From positions 44,952,001-45,016,000 of the forward strand of contig NC_058368.1 of assembly GCF_018350175.1 (NCBI RefSeq): a DNA stretch of 64,000 nt. The letters are read 5' to 3'. Each line of letters opens with the position of its first letter. Within the stretch, counting starts at the first letter, position 1. This document shows, piece by piece, positions 13,119 through 26,410 of this stretch. The stretch is from Felis catus (Eukaryota). Under the pieces are notes generated by a model. That model had not been told where the DNA came from. It ran no database searches and saw only the letters and a program-made list of their open reading frames with translations. The position numbers were made by a program, and so were the translations under genes.

Positions 13119-13519
13119 TAATGTTAAAAGAGCTCCTTTGTTAAAAATAACAGAAGCAGTAATAAATAAACAATCTAGATAAATGAATATTTGATAGTAC
13201 CAAAGGAAGTTACACATAAAAAATTTAAAAAGTCACAAATCACTGTTGTTTCACCACGTTATAAGAGAAATGCATAACTGAAATTAAAAACAAAAAAGGG
13301 CTGGGATAACATAGAATTGATACAATTGTGTGGGTTGTTTTAGACATAAATATTTGAAGAGGCAAAATAGTACTATACAGAGTTCAATTAGAGGAGATAA
13401 GACATTTTTCAGCAGTCAGTTTTAAAAGGATCAGAAATATAATGTGATTTTATAAAGTTCTAATTTATATTTATCTGCTTCATTTATTCATGTATTACAT
13501 AGAAAGAAATATTGAATTG

Positions 13520-13720
13520 AGAATTAGTGTATTTGGATTGTTATCCTACTATTCCCACTGGTTGACTATGATAATTGAACAAGTCACTTAACCAATTTGG
13601 GCTCCTGTTTCCTCATGGGTAACAAGAATATGATACATATATATAAAGTACCCAATAAAGGCCAAGAGTTGTGCAGTTTGCTAGAAATTCAAATGTGATT
13701 AAGAAAGATTTGCTATCATT
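13520..13720 (+). mobile_element. MIR SINE
   Basis: ttgaacaagtcacttaacc..tgtttcctcat core. Confidence 0.7.
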
Positions 13721-14198
13721 TAAGAACTTAGAGGTGTGTGTTGGGTGGGGGAGAAGAGAGGGCAAGGGTGAGAGAAAGTGAGAGAAGGAGACACCATTTG
13801 AGTTGTACATTGAAAAAAATAATTATACAAAAGGTGGAAGCAAAGTACAAAACAAAACAAAAAAGTATGGAGTAATGAGAATGTATAGTTGTTGGAAAAT
13901 TATGTATTTGGACTAGACTTCTATGATTAATCAATGTTCTAAAATGTGCAATGCCTGTCAATTTTATGCTTAAAATAATTCTAAGTAACAACAGTTACTG
14001 GGTTCATGCCATTGGTTGCACATGTATCAGGTGCCCCTAATGTTGGTGGCTTAGAGTAATTGTAATGAAGAAATATTCTTAAATACAAGAGTAACTTTGA
14101 GAGAGTAAATGGAGAAAGAGAACCACACAGTATAGGATGTTTACATTTTGAAAGACTATTGTAGCATTTTTTACTGTTTTTAAAAATGTAACACTTTT

Positions 14199-14414
14199 TA
14201 AAAATTTTTTGATGTTTTCTTTATTTTTGAGATATAGAGAGACACTGTATGAGTGAGAAGGGGCAGAGAGAGAGGGGGACACAAAATCCGAAGGAGGCTC
14301 CAGGCTCTGAGATGTCTGCATAGATCCTGATGCAAGGCTTGAACTCATGAACTACAAGATGGTGACCTGAGCTAAAGTTGGATACTTAACCTACTGAGCC
14401 ACCCAGGCACCCTG
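14199..14414 (-). mobile_element. Can-SINE, TSD aaaatgtaacactttt
   Basis: Reverse-complement SINE; TSD 14183-14198 and 14415-14430. Confidence 0.95.
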
Positions 14415-14597
14415 AAAATGTAACACTTTTAAAAGGTAGAAAAATAACATGACTTCTCTTAACAAACTTTAAATTCCTGAAAGCTAGATCTGGAAAGACA
14501 GAGACAAAGCAAGAAAGCACAGATATACAATGACTGCTTTGGTGCAAAACAATGCCTAAGGAGAAAGACAGTAGTATAAATCCCTTTTTAGAGTCAC

Positions 14598-14836
14598 TTC
14601 AAAGTGAATGCTGCTCTTTTCTCTTCTTTGGCTCTCAACAAAGCCCATGTTTTTTTTCACTTTAGAACTTTGCAGTCACAAAATGAAGACAAGATATGAA
14701 TACAAATATAAGTTCTCTATTGTAGCAATCTGAAGTGATCACATTTCATATGGCAGGAAGAGGAAAACTATACCAAAAAGCAATATTCTCTTCTACCATG
14801 ACAGTTACTATGCTCTCAAATGTCCTTAAATGTCAC
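14598..14836 (-). pseudogene. Exon remnant with RGS-like motif (HLRTFESIVTVMVEENIAFWYSF..)
   Basis: Acceptor GTGTCCCTATTAG; EENIxFW resembles the RGS consensus SEENIEFW. Confidence 0.6.
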
Positions 14837-14899
14837 CTAATAGGGACACTTTCAAAGCACACAGTATAAAAAGTTTATCTCTGCAACAGCTGATTAAAG

Positions 14900-15160
14900 A
14901 TAACCTTAAATATTTGGAATTGGATTTAGAGCTAGGTGGTGGGTAGGGAGGAATCTGTTTCAGAGAATGAAGTGACCATGTTATATATTGGCAAAATATT
15001 TGGTAAACTTACTATATAGAATATTTGAGAGGCAGAGCATATACCTAATGAAGTTATGGCTCTGACCAAAGAAATTCCTAGAAGAAAGTGACTAGAATGA
15101 ATAGTATTTTATTAACTACATTGGATAAGGTACTACAAGGAGTAGATGAGGTCATAGATA
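14900..15160 (+). mobile_element. MaLR (MLT1) internal fragment
   Basis: gtgaccatgttatatattggcaaaatatttggtaaa..cctaatgaa motifs. Confidence 0.5.
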
Positions 15161-15187
15161 AAAGTACCTTTAAAAAATATATTTTGG

Positions 15188-15616
15188 GAGGGCGCCTGGG
15201 TGGCTGTCAGTTAAATGACTGACTCTTTATTTCAGCTCAGGTCATAATCCCAGTGTTGTGGGAATGAGCCCCATGTTGGGCTCCATGATGTTAACAGAAC
15301 CTGCTCAAGACTCTCTCTTGGAGTGCCTGCATGACTCAAGTCAGTTAAGTGTCTGACTTCAGCTCAGGTCATGATCACATGGTTCATGAGCTTGAGCCCC
15401 ACATTGGGCTCCCTGCTGTCATCACTGAGCCAGCTTTGGATCCTCTGTCCTCCCCTCTCTCTGTCCCTTCCTGCTTGTGCTCTCTCTCTTTCTCTCTCAA
15501 AATAAATAAATAAACAAATAATCATTAAAATATATATATATATATATACATATTCATATATATACATATTTATGTATAAATATATATATGTATAAATATA
15601 TATATGTATATATATA
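15188..15616 (+). mobile_element. Two Can-SINEs (second starts near 15320 in the CT region of the first) plus (TA)n tail
   Basis: Two SINE heads in series. Confidence 0.9.
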
Positions 15617-15675
15617 TTTCTCTTTCCATTCAGCATGATATAGGACATTGCTAAAAAGAATATATGAGAACTAAC

Positions 15676-15880
15676 ATAGTGGATCCCAAACATCAGCTGT
15701 GGATAGGCTGCAGTGTTTTGCACTCTTTGCAAATTGATTCTGGGTGATCAACCAAGATCTTGAGCTAGATATGAACTGAAAGCTCTGAATACCAATTTAC
15801 CTAATCACTGTCCTCTTTCTACCAGAAAGAAAGGTATAAAAAGGTCTATTGGATTGGAAGTTGTAGTTTCCCCAGTTGTG
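15676..15880 (-). pseudogene. Exon remnant, 205 nt (..TFLYLSFW*KEDSD*VNWYSELSVHI*LKILVDHPESICKEC..)
   Basis: Acceptor TACCTTTCCTGTAG, donor TAT|GTTAGT; phase 1 to 2 fits both neighbours. Confidence 0.55.
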
Positions 15881-17018
15881 CTACAGGAAAGGTATTACAC
15901 AAGGCAATGAAAAAAAACATAAGTAAATAATTCAAAGCCATTTAGAATGGGTTTATAAAATATAAACATGATAACAACAAGAAGGATAAAATAAGTGAAA
16001 AAAAAAAGAGTCAAAATACAATAGATCTCAAAGGACAGAAAAATGTGGCATAGACAACAAAGGGTACAAGACTTAGAATATGGAAGACCAGGGCTTGATA
16101 CCTGATTATACCACTCATGTGTTATATAGACTTAGGCAAAACAATTTAACCTATGTGGATTTCAAGATCACAGTCTATAAAATATGGATATTACGCTTAC
16201 CTTAAAGGTTTATTGTAGACATTTAAAAATATACAAATATGTCTAGTGGTAAGCATAGGATCTTATGCACTTAATAGCTGCTATGATTATGGAGCAGTGG
16301 AGTGGAACGAGAAAGTAAGAAAGGGCTTGATGGGAGAAAGTAGTAATTGCCATGATGGCTTTTGAAACATATTAGATTCCCAAAGCCAAAAGCTTGGGTA
16401 AAATAGGCAGATCTTTCATTACCAAAGGAAAGAAGATTTGAAAACAATGTGCTTAGATATTAACCAAGAGATTCTAGTAATAAGTTACACCTTATTTCAG
16501 GAAAGAATTTGATAGAAAATACAATGAGAGAGCAATTTGAGGAAATGAGTATAGTGGACTCCAATTTCAAAAAAAAAAAAAAGGAACAAGTATAATGCTC
16601 TACCATGTTGTATGTCTCTCTGCCAAACACATTTATCTTTTATTCTCATATATCACTCTAGTAAACCAAAAATCTTAAAGCTCCAAGACCATTAAGTAAC
16701 TGAATGTGTTCTCCATTTTAAAAATGTATAGTTTTCAAAATTTCTTCACCAGATTAAATGGGTTTTGAAATAATAATTATTTCTTATGCATTTAAATATG
16801 CATAAAATATATATATGAAAAATATTTATCTATGTTGATTTGAATTCTTTTCAAATTAATGACTAAATATATCATCTTTTAAATACAATGATTAATTTTT
16901 TAGATTTTTTTTTCAGGTAACTAGCATTCTTTTCTATGACCATTCAATACCATAACACTTTTGGATTTCCTTAAATGTCATTCATTTGTAGCTTTTCATT
17001 TTTGAGCATGAATATTAC

Positions 17019-17068
17019 CTTTGGAATTCAGTAAGGTTGCTTTCTGAGTATTAGGTCTTAATCTGAAT
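17019..17068 (-). pseudogene. Exon remnant, 50 nt (FRLRPNTQKATLLNSK)
   Basis: Acceptor TATATTTGTAG, donor AAG|GTAATA. Confidence 0.45.
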
Positions 17069-17160
17069 CTACAAATATAGTTTTGTAATCTGAATATGTA
17101 TTAAAATGTGCACTTAGCTATATTTTAATTATCTTTATTTTTCCTCAAATATTTTTCCTC

Positions 17161-17378
17161 TTTTTAAAAATTTTTAAACATTTATTCGTTTTTGAGAGAC
17201 AGAGAAAGACAGAGTGCGAGCGGGGGTGGGAAGAGAGAGGCAGGCACAGAATCTGAAACAGGCTCCAGACTCTGAACTGTTAGCACAGAGCCCAATGCGG
17301 CGCTTGAAGCCACGAACCGTGAGATCATGACCTGAGCCAAAGTTGGACACTTAACCAACTAAACCACCCAGGCATCCC
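17161..17378 (-). mobile_element. Can-SINE
   Basis: Reverse-complement SINE, TSD about tcaaatattttcct. Confidence 0.95.
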
Positions 17379-17475
17379 TCAAATATTTTCCTTCTGAACT
17401 GCTCATTTCTCATTTTTAGTATTCCTTGAATAGCTTTGTGTTTCATAGATCTGTGTTGGAAGAAAACAAATTTAC

Positions 17476-17684
17476 TTTTCTTTATCTAAGTAAAGTGATG
17501 AGGGGAAAAGCCTGGTTTGTAATTTTCTCTCAACTATTCTTAAACCCCATAATGAGGACTGTTCTTAAACCTCTAATAAATGTTGCTTGATGAAAATCCA
17601 ACCACTAAGCACTAATAGAGACTAAACAAATACTTCTCGTGTATTCATTCCTTACTCCGATATGCCTTACAACATAGCACTTCC
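17476..17684 (-). pseudogene. Exon remnant (EVLCCKAYRSKE*IHEKYLFSLY*CLVVGFSSSNIY..)
   Basis: Pyrimidine tract ending TTGG (AG apparently lost), donor AAA|GTAAAT. Confidence 0.45.
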
Positions 17685-17971
17685 CCAAAATAGAAACAAA
17701 AAGTAACAGTGCTTCAGTTATTTAAGTATTAAGAATCACCTCAAGTAATCCAATAATACATGCAGCCCTGTTAAAATTTTTTTTCAGAATTTACATATCA
17801 TTAATTTTAAATCATGCATAGTTTTATTGTTCTGTTCTAAAAGTCTTTGAATATGTACAGATTCTAAATGAGTTGTTGTTATCTTATTGAATGTTTGAAT
17901 AAATGTTTTACTACAAAATCTTTCACACATAAGAGACTAAAGGATTTAGAATACAGAAAGTAATTGGCTAC

Positions 17972-18204
17972 CAACTTTGATGAAAAACAAACTCTTCTCC
18001 ATGCCAAAATGGACTCTTCAGGGCAGAAGAGTCAGAAACAAAGAAGGATCTGATCCTGGTTTCTCCATCTGTCTGCGGAGCAGAGGCTCAGCAGTTGTTA
18101 TGATAGGAGTTTGCCTTAAGTTTGTGGAACAGTTGTCATGACAACTGCATTTCTATGCATCACTGCTTCTTTGGGATCAGGAGAAGGGCTGAGAAAAAAG
18201 TTCC
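17972..18204 (-). pseudogene. Exon remnant (..GKLLS*QLLSLCSADRWRNQDQILLCF*LFCPEESILAWRRVCFSSKL)
   Basis: Acceptor TTTTCTGTTTCTAACAAG; GC-richer island; donor weak. Confidence 0.55.
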
Positions 18205-18833
18205 CTTGTTAGAAACAGAAAACATTGGAAAGTGAAATTTTGCAGTCATCTTTTCCAGAAAAGAAAATCTGTGGGTGTGTCTGTGTGTGTCGTGGTGCGT
18301 GTATCTGTTTGTGTATGTGTGTTTGTGTTTTGAGGAAGAAGTAGTGTCCATTTAGAAGATTATAAGCCATTATTTTTTTTTCCTTGGGACACACACCTGT
18401 ATTTGAACTTCATTAAACAACTGTAGAATAAGGTCTATAAAGTTTAGAATAAGATCAATATATTTGATAACTTAATAGACTTATGAAATTGAACCAGACT
18501 ACAAATTAGCCCAAAACTTAAATATATCACTAATCTTTCTATGTGTATTTTAAAATAAATGTATTAAAAATAAATTTTATAAAATAAGTGTTATAAAAAT
18601 AATAAAACAATAAAGTCACGGGATTATAACTAAGGGGTTTGTCCTTCATAAAATCATTATGAAATTTAAGTGTTGCGTGTAGTTACAAGTACTAATATTT
18701 GTGGTACTTATAGAATAATGAAACATGCCCTTTTAAATGGTACAGTGACTAAATGAGATAATATTTTTTGGTTTACTTAAGTTAAAGTTAAACATAAAAA
18801 AATGTAAAAATAACTTTTATCAACAAGTCTTTA

Positions 18834-19060
18834 GGGGCGCCTGGGTGGCGCAGTCGGATAAGCGTCCGACTTCAGCCAGGTCAGGATCTCGCGGTCCGTG
18901 AGTTCGAGCCCCGCGTCAGGCTCTGGGCTGATGGCTCGGAGCCTGGAGCCTGTTTCCGATTCTGTGTCTCCCTCTCTCTCTGCCCCTCCCCCGTTCATGC
19001 TCTGTCTCTCTCTGTCCCAAAAAATAAATAAACGTTGAAAAAAAAATTAAAAAAAAAAAA
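18834..19060 (+). mobile_element. Very young felid Can-SINE, TSD aacaagtcttta
   Basis: CpGs retained; exact TSD 18822-18833 and 19061-19072. Confidence 0.98.
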
Positions 19061-19439
19061 AACAAGTCTTTAAATAGAATCAGTCTTGGTTAAGTATTAA
19101 GGGAAGAGCCTTAAGTACACTAGCAGGTCTGTTTAGAGGAGGTTTACAGACCAGGCCAGAGTCCCCGTTTCACTCTAAAACAGCTGGAGGATTGAGAAAT
19201 AATGGAAATGAAGCTGGAGGAGTTTTGGGAAAGTAGAAAACAGGAGCACGTGAGCCCGAGTTTGGTGAGGGAAGGGTAAAAATTTTGATGTTAAATCTTC
19301 ATTTTTGGGGAGTCAAATGAGGTTATGAGGACTTTAGTCAAATGAGCCCTGAGGACATATCAGGGCTGATATGAGAGTAAACATGAGATAATGCTCAGGG
19401 AATGGATGTGTCTAGTATGTTAATTAGGCACATTTTAAG

Positions 19440-19900
19440 TTCATAGAAAGGAGTACAGAAAAAAAGATATGTCAAAAAGAAAGGAGTGTTTAATTTTACA
19501 ATGCAGTTGCTTCAGCAACTGTGCAACAGAATATCAGTTAATGCTTCAAGACAGATGTTTCAATGATGCATATAAATGTATTGAATAATTTGTGATTAAG
19601 CTTTTAGAAAACTTATGGTGGCCATGTATTTTGTTTTAATAGTTTTATTTTATCTGAGAATAATGTACCAAACTAATTGAATACCAGTTGTATATAGGTG
19701 AACATAGGACTTTTATGAAGCTGGCTTTGTCATTTTTCTTGAGATAGTGTCAATGGATATACCCCTAGATTTCTTTAACTTTTATCATAAAAGCACTTTA
19801 AAGATGTAATGACACAGTGTTCTGGATTTTACTGCTGCTGTTGAGCATTTAGAGTCAGGGTTGCAATTCTACTGGACAGATGCAATTGACTTTAGGGTCT
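19440..19900 (-). pseudogene. Possible exon remnant without clear splice sites (..LHKSPMFTYIQLVFN*FGTLFSDKIKLLKQNTWPP*..)
   Basis: Protein-like translation only; abuts old L1 sequence. Confidence 0.3.
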
Positions 19901-20778
19901 TTGTTCTGCCATCTAAGTACACTTTGTTTCAATGTGGGTTTCTTATTATTTATTTTATTTGTAACTTGTCTAAAATCTAAGAATATGTGTGTTTTATTAT
20001 TTCTAAACCATTCTTTGCCTTCATATCTTTGTATCATCTCCTTATTCTCTTTTTATTTCTGATATTCCAATTAGATATGTTAGAATTTCTCCCTCAAAAA
20101 CAAACAAAAAAACCTTCTCCTTCTAACCTCAATATTTCTTAACTTTTCCTTAGCATTTATTATCTTTATCCGTTCTTCCTATGCTGTGCTCTATGTAATA
20201 GGTTCATTACTATTTCTAGCTCATGAATTTTCTATTACTAAATGATATTTAACAGACAAATTGGGTTTTCAAAATTTAATTAGTAGTTTCTTCACTTCTT
20301 AAAATGCTATTTTGTATTTATGGCCAATATGATTGTTTTCTTTTTCTTTTTTGATGAACTATTAACTTCTTTGTTATATTTACAATCCCCTTTCATTTAT
20401 ATAGATGTTTTATATGTACATTTTATATATTTGATCTAATCATTTCAATAACTGTCATCTGTGAGTTGAATTTTACTGTGTCTTGATTTTATTACAGAAA
20501 GCCTCTTTGTGCTACCTATTTCTTGTCACATCTGTCTTCCCCTACTCTCTCTCTACCATACCTCTGACAAACACTAATCTGTTTTCTATCTTTATAATTA
20601 TGCCATTATGAGAACAATATATCAATTTAATCATGCAGTCAATGATTTTTTCTCATTATTATGCTTCAGCCAAGTTGTGTGTCTATTAATATTTTCTTCT
20701 CTTTTATTGCTGAATAGTATTTCATAGTATGGATGTTCCACAGTTTGTATATTCATTATCTGTTGAAAGATATCTGGA

Positions 20779-22571
20779 ACAATCCAGTTAGGAAATGGGC
20801 AGAAGACATTAACAGACATTTTTCTAAGGAAGACGTACAGACTGGAGCACCTGGGTTGCTCAGTCAGTTGAGCGTCCGACTTCAGCTCAGGTCATGATCT
20901 CACGGTTCATGGCTTTGAGCCCCGCATCAGGCTCTGTGCTGACAGCTCAGAGCCTGGAACCCACTTCAGATTCTGTGTCCTTCCCCTCTCTCTGCCCCTC
21001 CCCTGCTCATGCTCTGTCTCCCTCTATCTCAAAAAATGAATAAAAACATTAAAAGAAAAAGAAAAAGAAAAAAGAAGAATACAGATGGAATTTAAAGCAA
21101 AAATGAACTATTGGGACCTCATGAAGATAAAAGCTTCTGCACAGCAAAGGAAACAATCAACAAAACTAAAAGGCAACCGATGGAATGGGAAAAGATATTT
21201 GCAAATGACATATAAGACAAAGGGCTAGTATCCAAAATCTATAAAGAGCTCACCAAACTCCCCACCCCAAAAACAAATAATCCAGTGAAGAAATGGGCAG
21301 AAAACATGAAAAGACACTTCTCTAAAGAAGACATCCAGATGGCCAACAGGCACATGAAAAGATGCTCAACATCACTCCTCATCAGGGAAATACAAATCAA
21401 AACCACCTCTCACAAATCAGATACCACCTCACACCAGTGAGAGTGGCTAAAATGAACAAATCAGGAGACTATAGATGCTAGAGAGGATGTGGAGAAATGG
21501 GAACCCTCTTGCACTGCTGGTGGGAATCCAAACTGGTGCAGCTGCTCTGGAAAACAGTGTGGAGGTTCCTCAAAAAATTAAAAATAGACCTGCCCTATGA
21601 CCCAGCAATAGCACTGCTAGGAATTTACCCAAGGGATACAGGAGTACTGATGCATAGGGGCACTTGTACCCCAATGTTTATAGCAGCACTTTGAACAACA
21701 GCTAAATTATGGAAAGAGCCTAAATGTCCATCAACTGATGAATGGATAAAGAAATTGTGGTTTATATACCCAATGGAGTACTACATGGCAATGAGAAAGA
21801 ACGAAATATGGCCCTTTGTAGCAACTTGGATGGAACTGGAGAGTGTGATGCTAAGTGCAATAAGTCAAACAAAGAAAGACAGATACCATATGTTTTCACT
21901 CTTATGTGGATCCTGAGAAACTTAACAGAAGACCATGGGGGAGGGGAAGGAAAAAAAAAAGGTTAGAGAGGGAGGGAGCCAAAACATAAAAGACTCTTAA
22001 AAACTGAGAACAATCTGAGGGTTGATGGGGGGTGGGAGGGAGGGGAGAGTGGGTGATGGGCATTGAGGCGGGCACCTTTTGGGATGAGCACTGGGTGTTA
22101 TATGGAAACCAATTTGACAATAAATTTCATATAAAAAAAAGACATACAGATGGCTGACAGACACATGAAGAGATGTTCCATGTGACTCATCATTAGGGAA
22201 AGAGAAATCAGAACTACAATGATATCACTCTGATTTTAGCCTGTCACAATGGCTAAAATTAACAACACAGGAAACAAAAGATGTTACCAAGGATGTGAAG
22301 AAAGGGGAGCCCTCTTACACTGTTGGTGGGAATACAAGCTGGTGCCGCCACACTGGAAAACAGTATGGAAATTTCTCAAAACAGTTAAAAATAGAACTAC
22401 CCTATGACCCAGCAATTGCACTACTAGATATTTTCTTAAAGGATCCAAAAATACTGATTTGAAGGGAAACATGCATCCCAATGTTTATAGCTGCACTATC
22501 AACAATGGCCAAATTATGAAAAAAACCCAAATGTTAATTGACTGATGACTGGATAAAGAAGAGGTGGCATG

Positions 22572-22621
<50 letters not shown>

Positions 22622-22993
22622 CACACACAATGGATGTTACTCAACGATCAACATGAATGAAATCTTGCTATATGTAACAATGTAGATGGAACTAGAGGGT
22701 ATTATTCTAAGCAGAACAAGTTAGTCAGAGAAAAAAGTACTATATAATTTCACTCATATGTGAATTTTAAGAAACAAAACAGATGAGGGTTCCTGGGTGG
22801 TTCAATCGGTTAAGTGTCTTCTTGATTTTGGCTCAGGTTGTGATCTCACAGTTCATGAGTTCGAGCTCAATATCGGGTTCCATGCTGGCAGTGTGGAGCC
22901 TGGTTGGGATTCTCTCTCTCCCTCTCTCTCTCTGCCTCTCCCTTGCTTGTATTCCTGCTCTCTTCCCCTCTCTCTCTCAAAATAAAATAATTA

Positions 22994-23030
<37 letters not shown>

Positions 23031-23328
23031 AGAAATAAAACAGATTAACATGGGGGGGGGGATAAAAGAGAGTGAGGCAAACCATAAAAGATTCTTGGCC
23101 ACAGAGAACTGAGGGCTGCTGGAGGGGAGGTGGGCAGGGGATGGGCTAAATGAGTGATGGACATTAAGGAGGGCACTGGTGATGAGCACCGGGTATTATA
23201 TGTAAGTGATGAATCACTAAATTCTAATCCTGAAACCAATAACATACTATATGTTAATTAACTAAAATTTCAATACAAACTTGAAACAAAACAAAACACA
23301 ACAAAACAAAACAAAACAAAACAAAACA
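20779..23328 (+). mobile_element. Carnivore L1 3' fragment with nested SINE (20844-21072), felid L1 (21089-22140) and SINE (22786-23038)
   Basis: ORF2 C-terminal sequence resumes at 22141; (CA)n 22574-22628; (AAAAC)n tail. Confidence 0.9.
21089..22140 (+). mobile_element. Felid L1 3' fragment
   Basis: ORF 21497..21694 LLHCWWE; same 3' UTR as the 39247-40455 element. Confidence 0.95.
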
Positions 23329-23533
23329 GGGGGAGTACCTGGGCCGCTCGGTTAAGCATCTAACTCTTGATTTCAGCTCAGGTCATGATGCAATGGTTCA
23401 TGGGACTGAGAGCCACATCAGGTTCAGAGCTGACAATGTGGAGCCTGAGTGGGATTCTCTGTCTCCCTCTCTCTCTGCCTCTCCCCTGCTTGCATGCTCT
23501 CACTCTCTCTCTCAAAATAAATAAATAAACATT

Positions 23534-23624
<91 letters not shown>
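23329..23624 (+). mobile_element. Can-SINE with (GAAA)n tail
   Basis: SINE body plus microsatellite 23534-23624. Confidence 0.93.
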
Positions 23625-23630
<6 letters not shown>

Positions 23631-23757
23631 TTCTGGACTCTCCTGTTTTGGGCCATAATGCTGCTATAAAATATGTAAATATTTTATGCAGAAATAAGTA
23701 TTGTTTTTTTTATCTTGAATAAATGCTCAAGAGTATAATTTCTGGGTAATATTCAAA

Positions 23758-23800
<43 letters not shown>

Positions 23801-24489
23801 GATGTATATGTGTGTGTTTTAAAGAAACTGCCAAATTATTTTCCACAATGGCTGTGCCATTTTACATTCCCAACAATAGTGGGAGACATCCATTTCTTTC
23901 TTTACATGCTTAGTAGCATTTGAAACTATCACTTCTTGTATTTGTTGTTATAATGCATACACAGTGATATCTCATTATAGTCTTAATTTCTATTTCCCTA
24001 ATCGGTAGTGATGTTGAACATCTTTTCATATGATTGCCATTTATATACCTGGTTCTTGTGTTAAATATTACTTCATGTCCTTTGCACATTTTCTAATTGG
24101 ATTGTTTGGTTTTTTTTTTATGATTGAGTTTTGAGAGTTGTTTATATATTCTAGATATTTGTCTTTTGGCAGATATGTGGTTAGCAAAGATTGTATTCCA
24201 TATTTAGTTCATTTTTTTTAAACAGCGTCTTTCAAAAAGCAGAAGTTTTAGTTGCTATTTTTTTTACGCTTTATATTTTTCTCTCTAATTTTTGCTTCTG
24301 TTTTCTTCTTACTATTTTACTTTAGGTTTCCTGAACATTTTTTAAATTACATTTTGATTTATCTTTAGTATTTTTTAGTGTATCTTTTTGTATAACATTT
24401 TTTAGTGGTTGCTCCAAATATTCCATTATATATAAATAACAACAAATTTTATATGTGTCAACATTTTCAACATTAGACAGTGTTATAAT

Positions 24490-24870
24490 TAGACATGGAT
24501 GAAACTAGATTGTGTTATGCTAAGCAAAATAAGTGAGTCAGAGAAAGAAAAATATCATATGATTTTACTCACATGTGGAATTTAAGAAACAACAGATGAA
24601 CATAGAGGAATGGAAGGAAAAATAAGAGAAAAATAGAAAGGGGGGCAAACCATAAAGAGACTCTTAAATACAGAGAACAAGCATGGTTACTGGAGGGTAG
24701 ATAGGTGGGGGGATGGGCTAAGTGGATGATGGGCATTAAGGAGGGCACTTGTTGGGATGAGCACTAGATGTTATATGTAAGTGATGAATCACTGGGTTCT
24801 ACTCCTGAAACCAATACTACACTGTATATTAAATATTGAATTTAAATAAATATTTTTTTTTTACAAAAAG
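24490..24870 (+). mobile_element. Carnivore L1 3' end
   Basis: catggatgaaactaga..gtaagtgatgaatcact. Confidence 0.9.
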
Positions 24871-25829
24871 AATAGGAGTCAATGTCTGTTGTCTAACTTC
24901 TCCTGTCTGTGGACAGGGTGATGAAAAAGTAGGGGGTGTGAGGTGCTCTTAGTTACTTCTGGATGGAAGTAGAGTAGGATTTCAGGCTCCCCATGAAGTC
25001 TATGATGTCACTCTGACTGGGATGCGTAGGAACAAGTTATTACTGCTTCCCACGTGATTTCCACTAGCACCATGGAGAGGTGGCCTTGTTAATAACAAGT
25101 GATGAGTACTCTGTACTAGTACTTCTCTGACCCCATCCTAGCAGGGAAGGGAAGAAGTGTCTTACTACTCCTTAGTGAGGTAGAAATCCAGGCTCCCTAT
25201 ATGGTCTCCACCGATGGGGTAAGGTATTGGGAAGGGGGTCTTGTTACTGCCATGTGAGGGCAAAACACCAGACATCCTACTTAGCCTTCTCAGAGACCAC
25301 GACAACAGGAACTCTTTAACCCCTCCCAAGGGTGGATACTTAGTTTCCTCAGTCAGCATTTGCTGGTTGGTGGGAGTATAGATTTTCCCCTTGTGTCTGG
25401 CTGAAGTAGATGATTTATTACCTAAAATTTTTCTGTCTAAATCATTTTGTCTTGCTAGGCTGCCCATTCTTAGTATTTGGCCAGAGAGAGTAGAATTTCT
25501 TGGGACTTTTTTCTCTGCCTATTTGTATTTCCAGGTTACTGACTTCTCCATAATTCAATCTGAGCTATCTAAGGCAAAAATAAAACCTGGAGAACTCATC
25601 ATGGTGTCATTCCTTGGGTCCCCAGGTACCTAACAAGTCTGCCTTATTTCTACCCTCTATGTTTCTTATGTGCTATTTACTGATTTATATATTTATTAAG
25701 TATATACATTATATATGTATGTGTTATTAGCATATATATGTGTGTTATATATGTGTGATATATAAGGAAGAGGGAAGAGTCCATCTATACCATCTTCCCA
25801 GAAGAAAATCTGACTACATTTTTAAAATA

Positions 25830-26410
25830 CAGCAGGAGTCTCTCAGCCCCTCTGCCACTCTGGGCCTGACCCACCATTTCTCACCTGCACTTCTGCAAAT
25901 GCTTACTACCTGGTAGTTTTTCTTCATTTCTTACCCTCATACACACTTGTCTCAGAGCAGTAAGAATCCTATAAAAACTAAGTCCCTGTCATCTCTGTTC
26001 AACACTCTCCAACAGTTTCTCTTCATTCTCGGAATTATATCCTAACCTTTCCCTGTGGCCCAAAGTCTCTTCATTACTTAGCTCTCTTCTACCCACTTGT
26101 TCCTTCTCTTACAATTTTTTCCCACTGCTCAATATGCATTGGTTTTTGGAGTCTGTTTATGTCCCCAGAATATCTGCTTTGTCCTAAAGGCATTTAACTT
26201 GCTCTTCTCTCTCCTACAACACAGCTCAGTTATAAACATGTCTCATTCCTTCATTGCACTTAGATTTTTGCTCAAATGAATTCCTCTGGAGAGACTTCTT
26301 ATCAATCTGTCTATAATAGCACCATCATTTTGATCACTTCCTGACCCTTTACCTTTTTTTTAATAGAGCAAGAAGTAGGTACCCAATAAATATATTAGTT
26401 GAATTAAATT
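25830..26410 (+). mobile_element. L2 3' part
   Basis: agtaggtacccaataaatatattagttgaat terminus. Confidence 0.7.

Larger units (their letters stand above)
19900..25810 (-). mobile_element. Cluster of old minus-strand L1M fragments hosting younger insertions
   Basis: L1 3' UTR (about 20500-20780 and 23630-24250) and 5'/ORF1-region fragments. Confidence 0.7.

Noticed and set aside
18834..18920. tRNA-like A and B boxes
   Set aside because: They are SINE heads, not tRNA genes.
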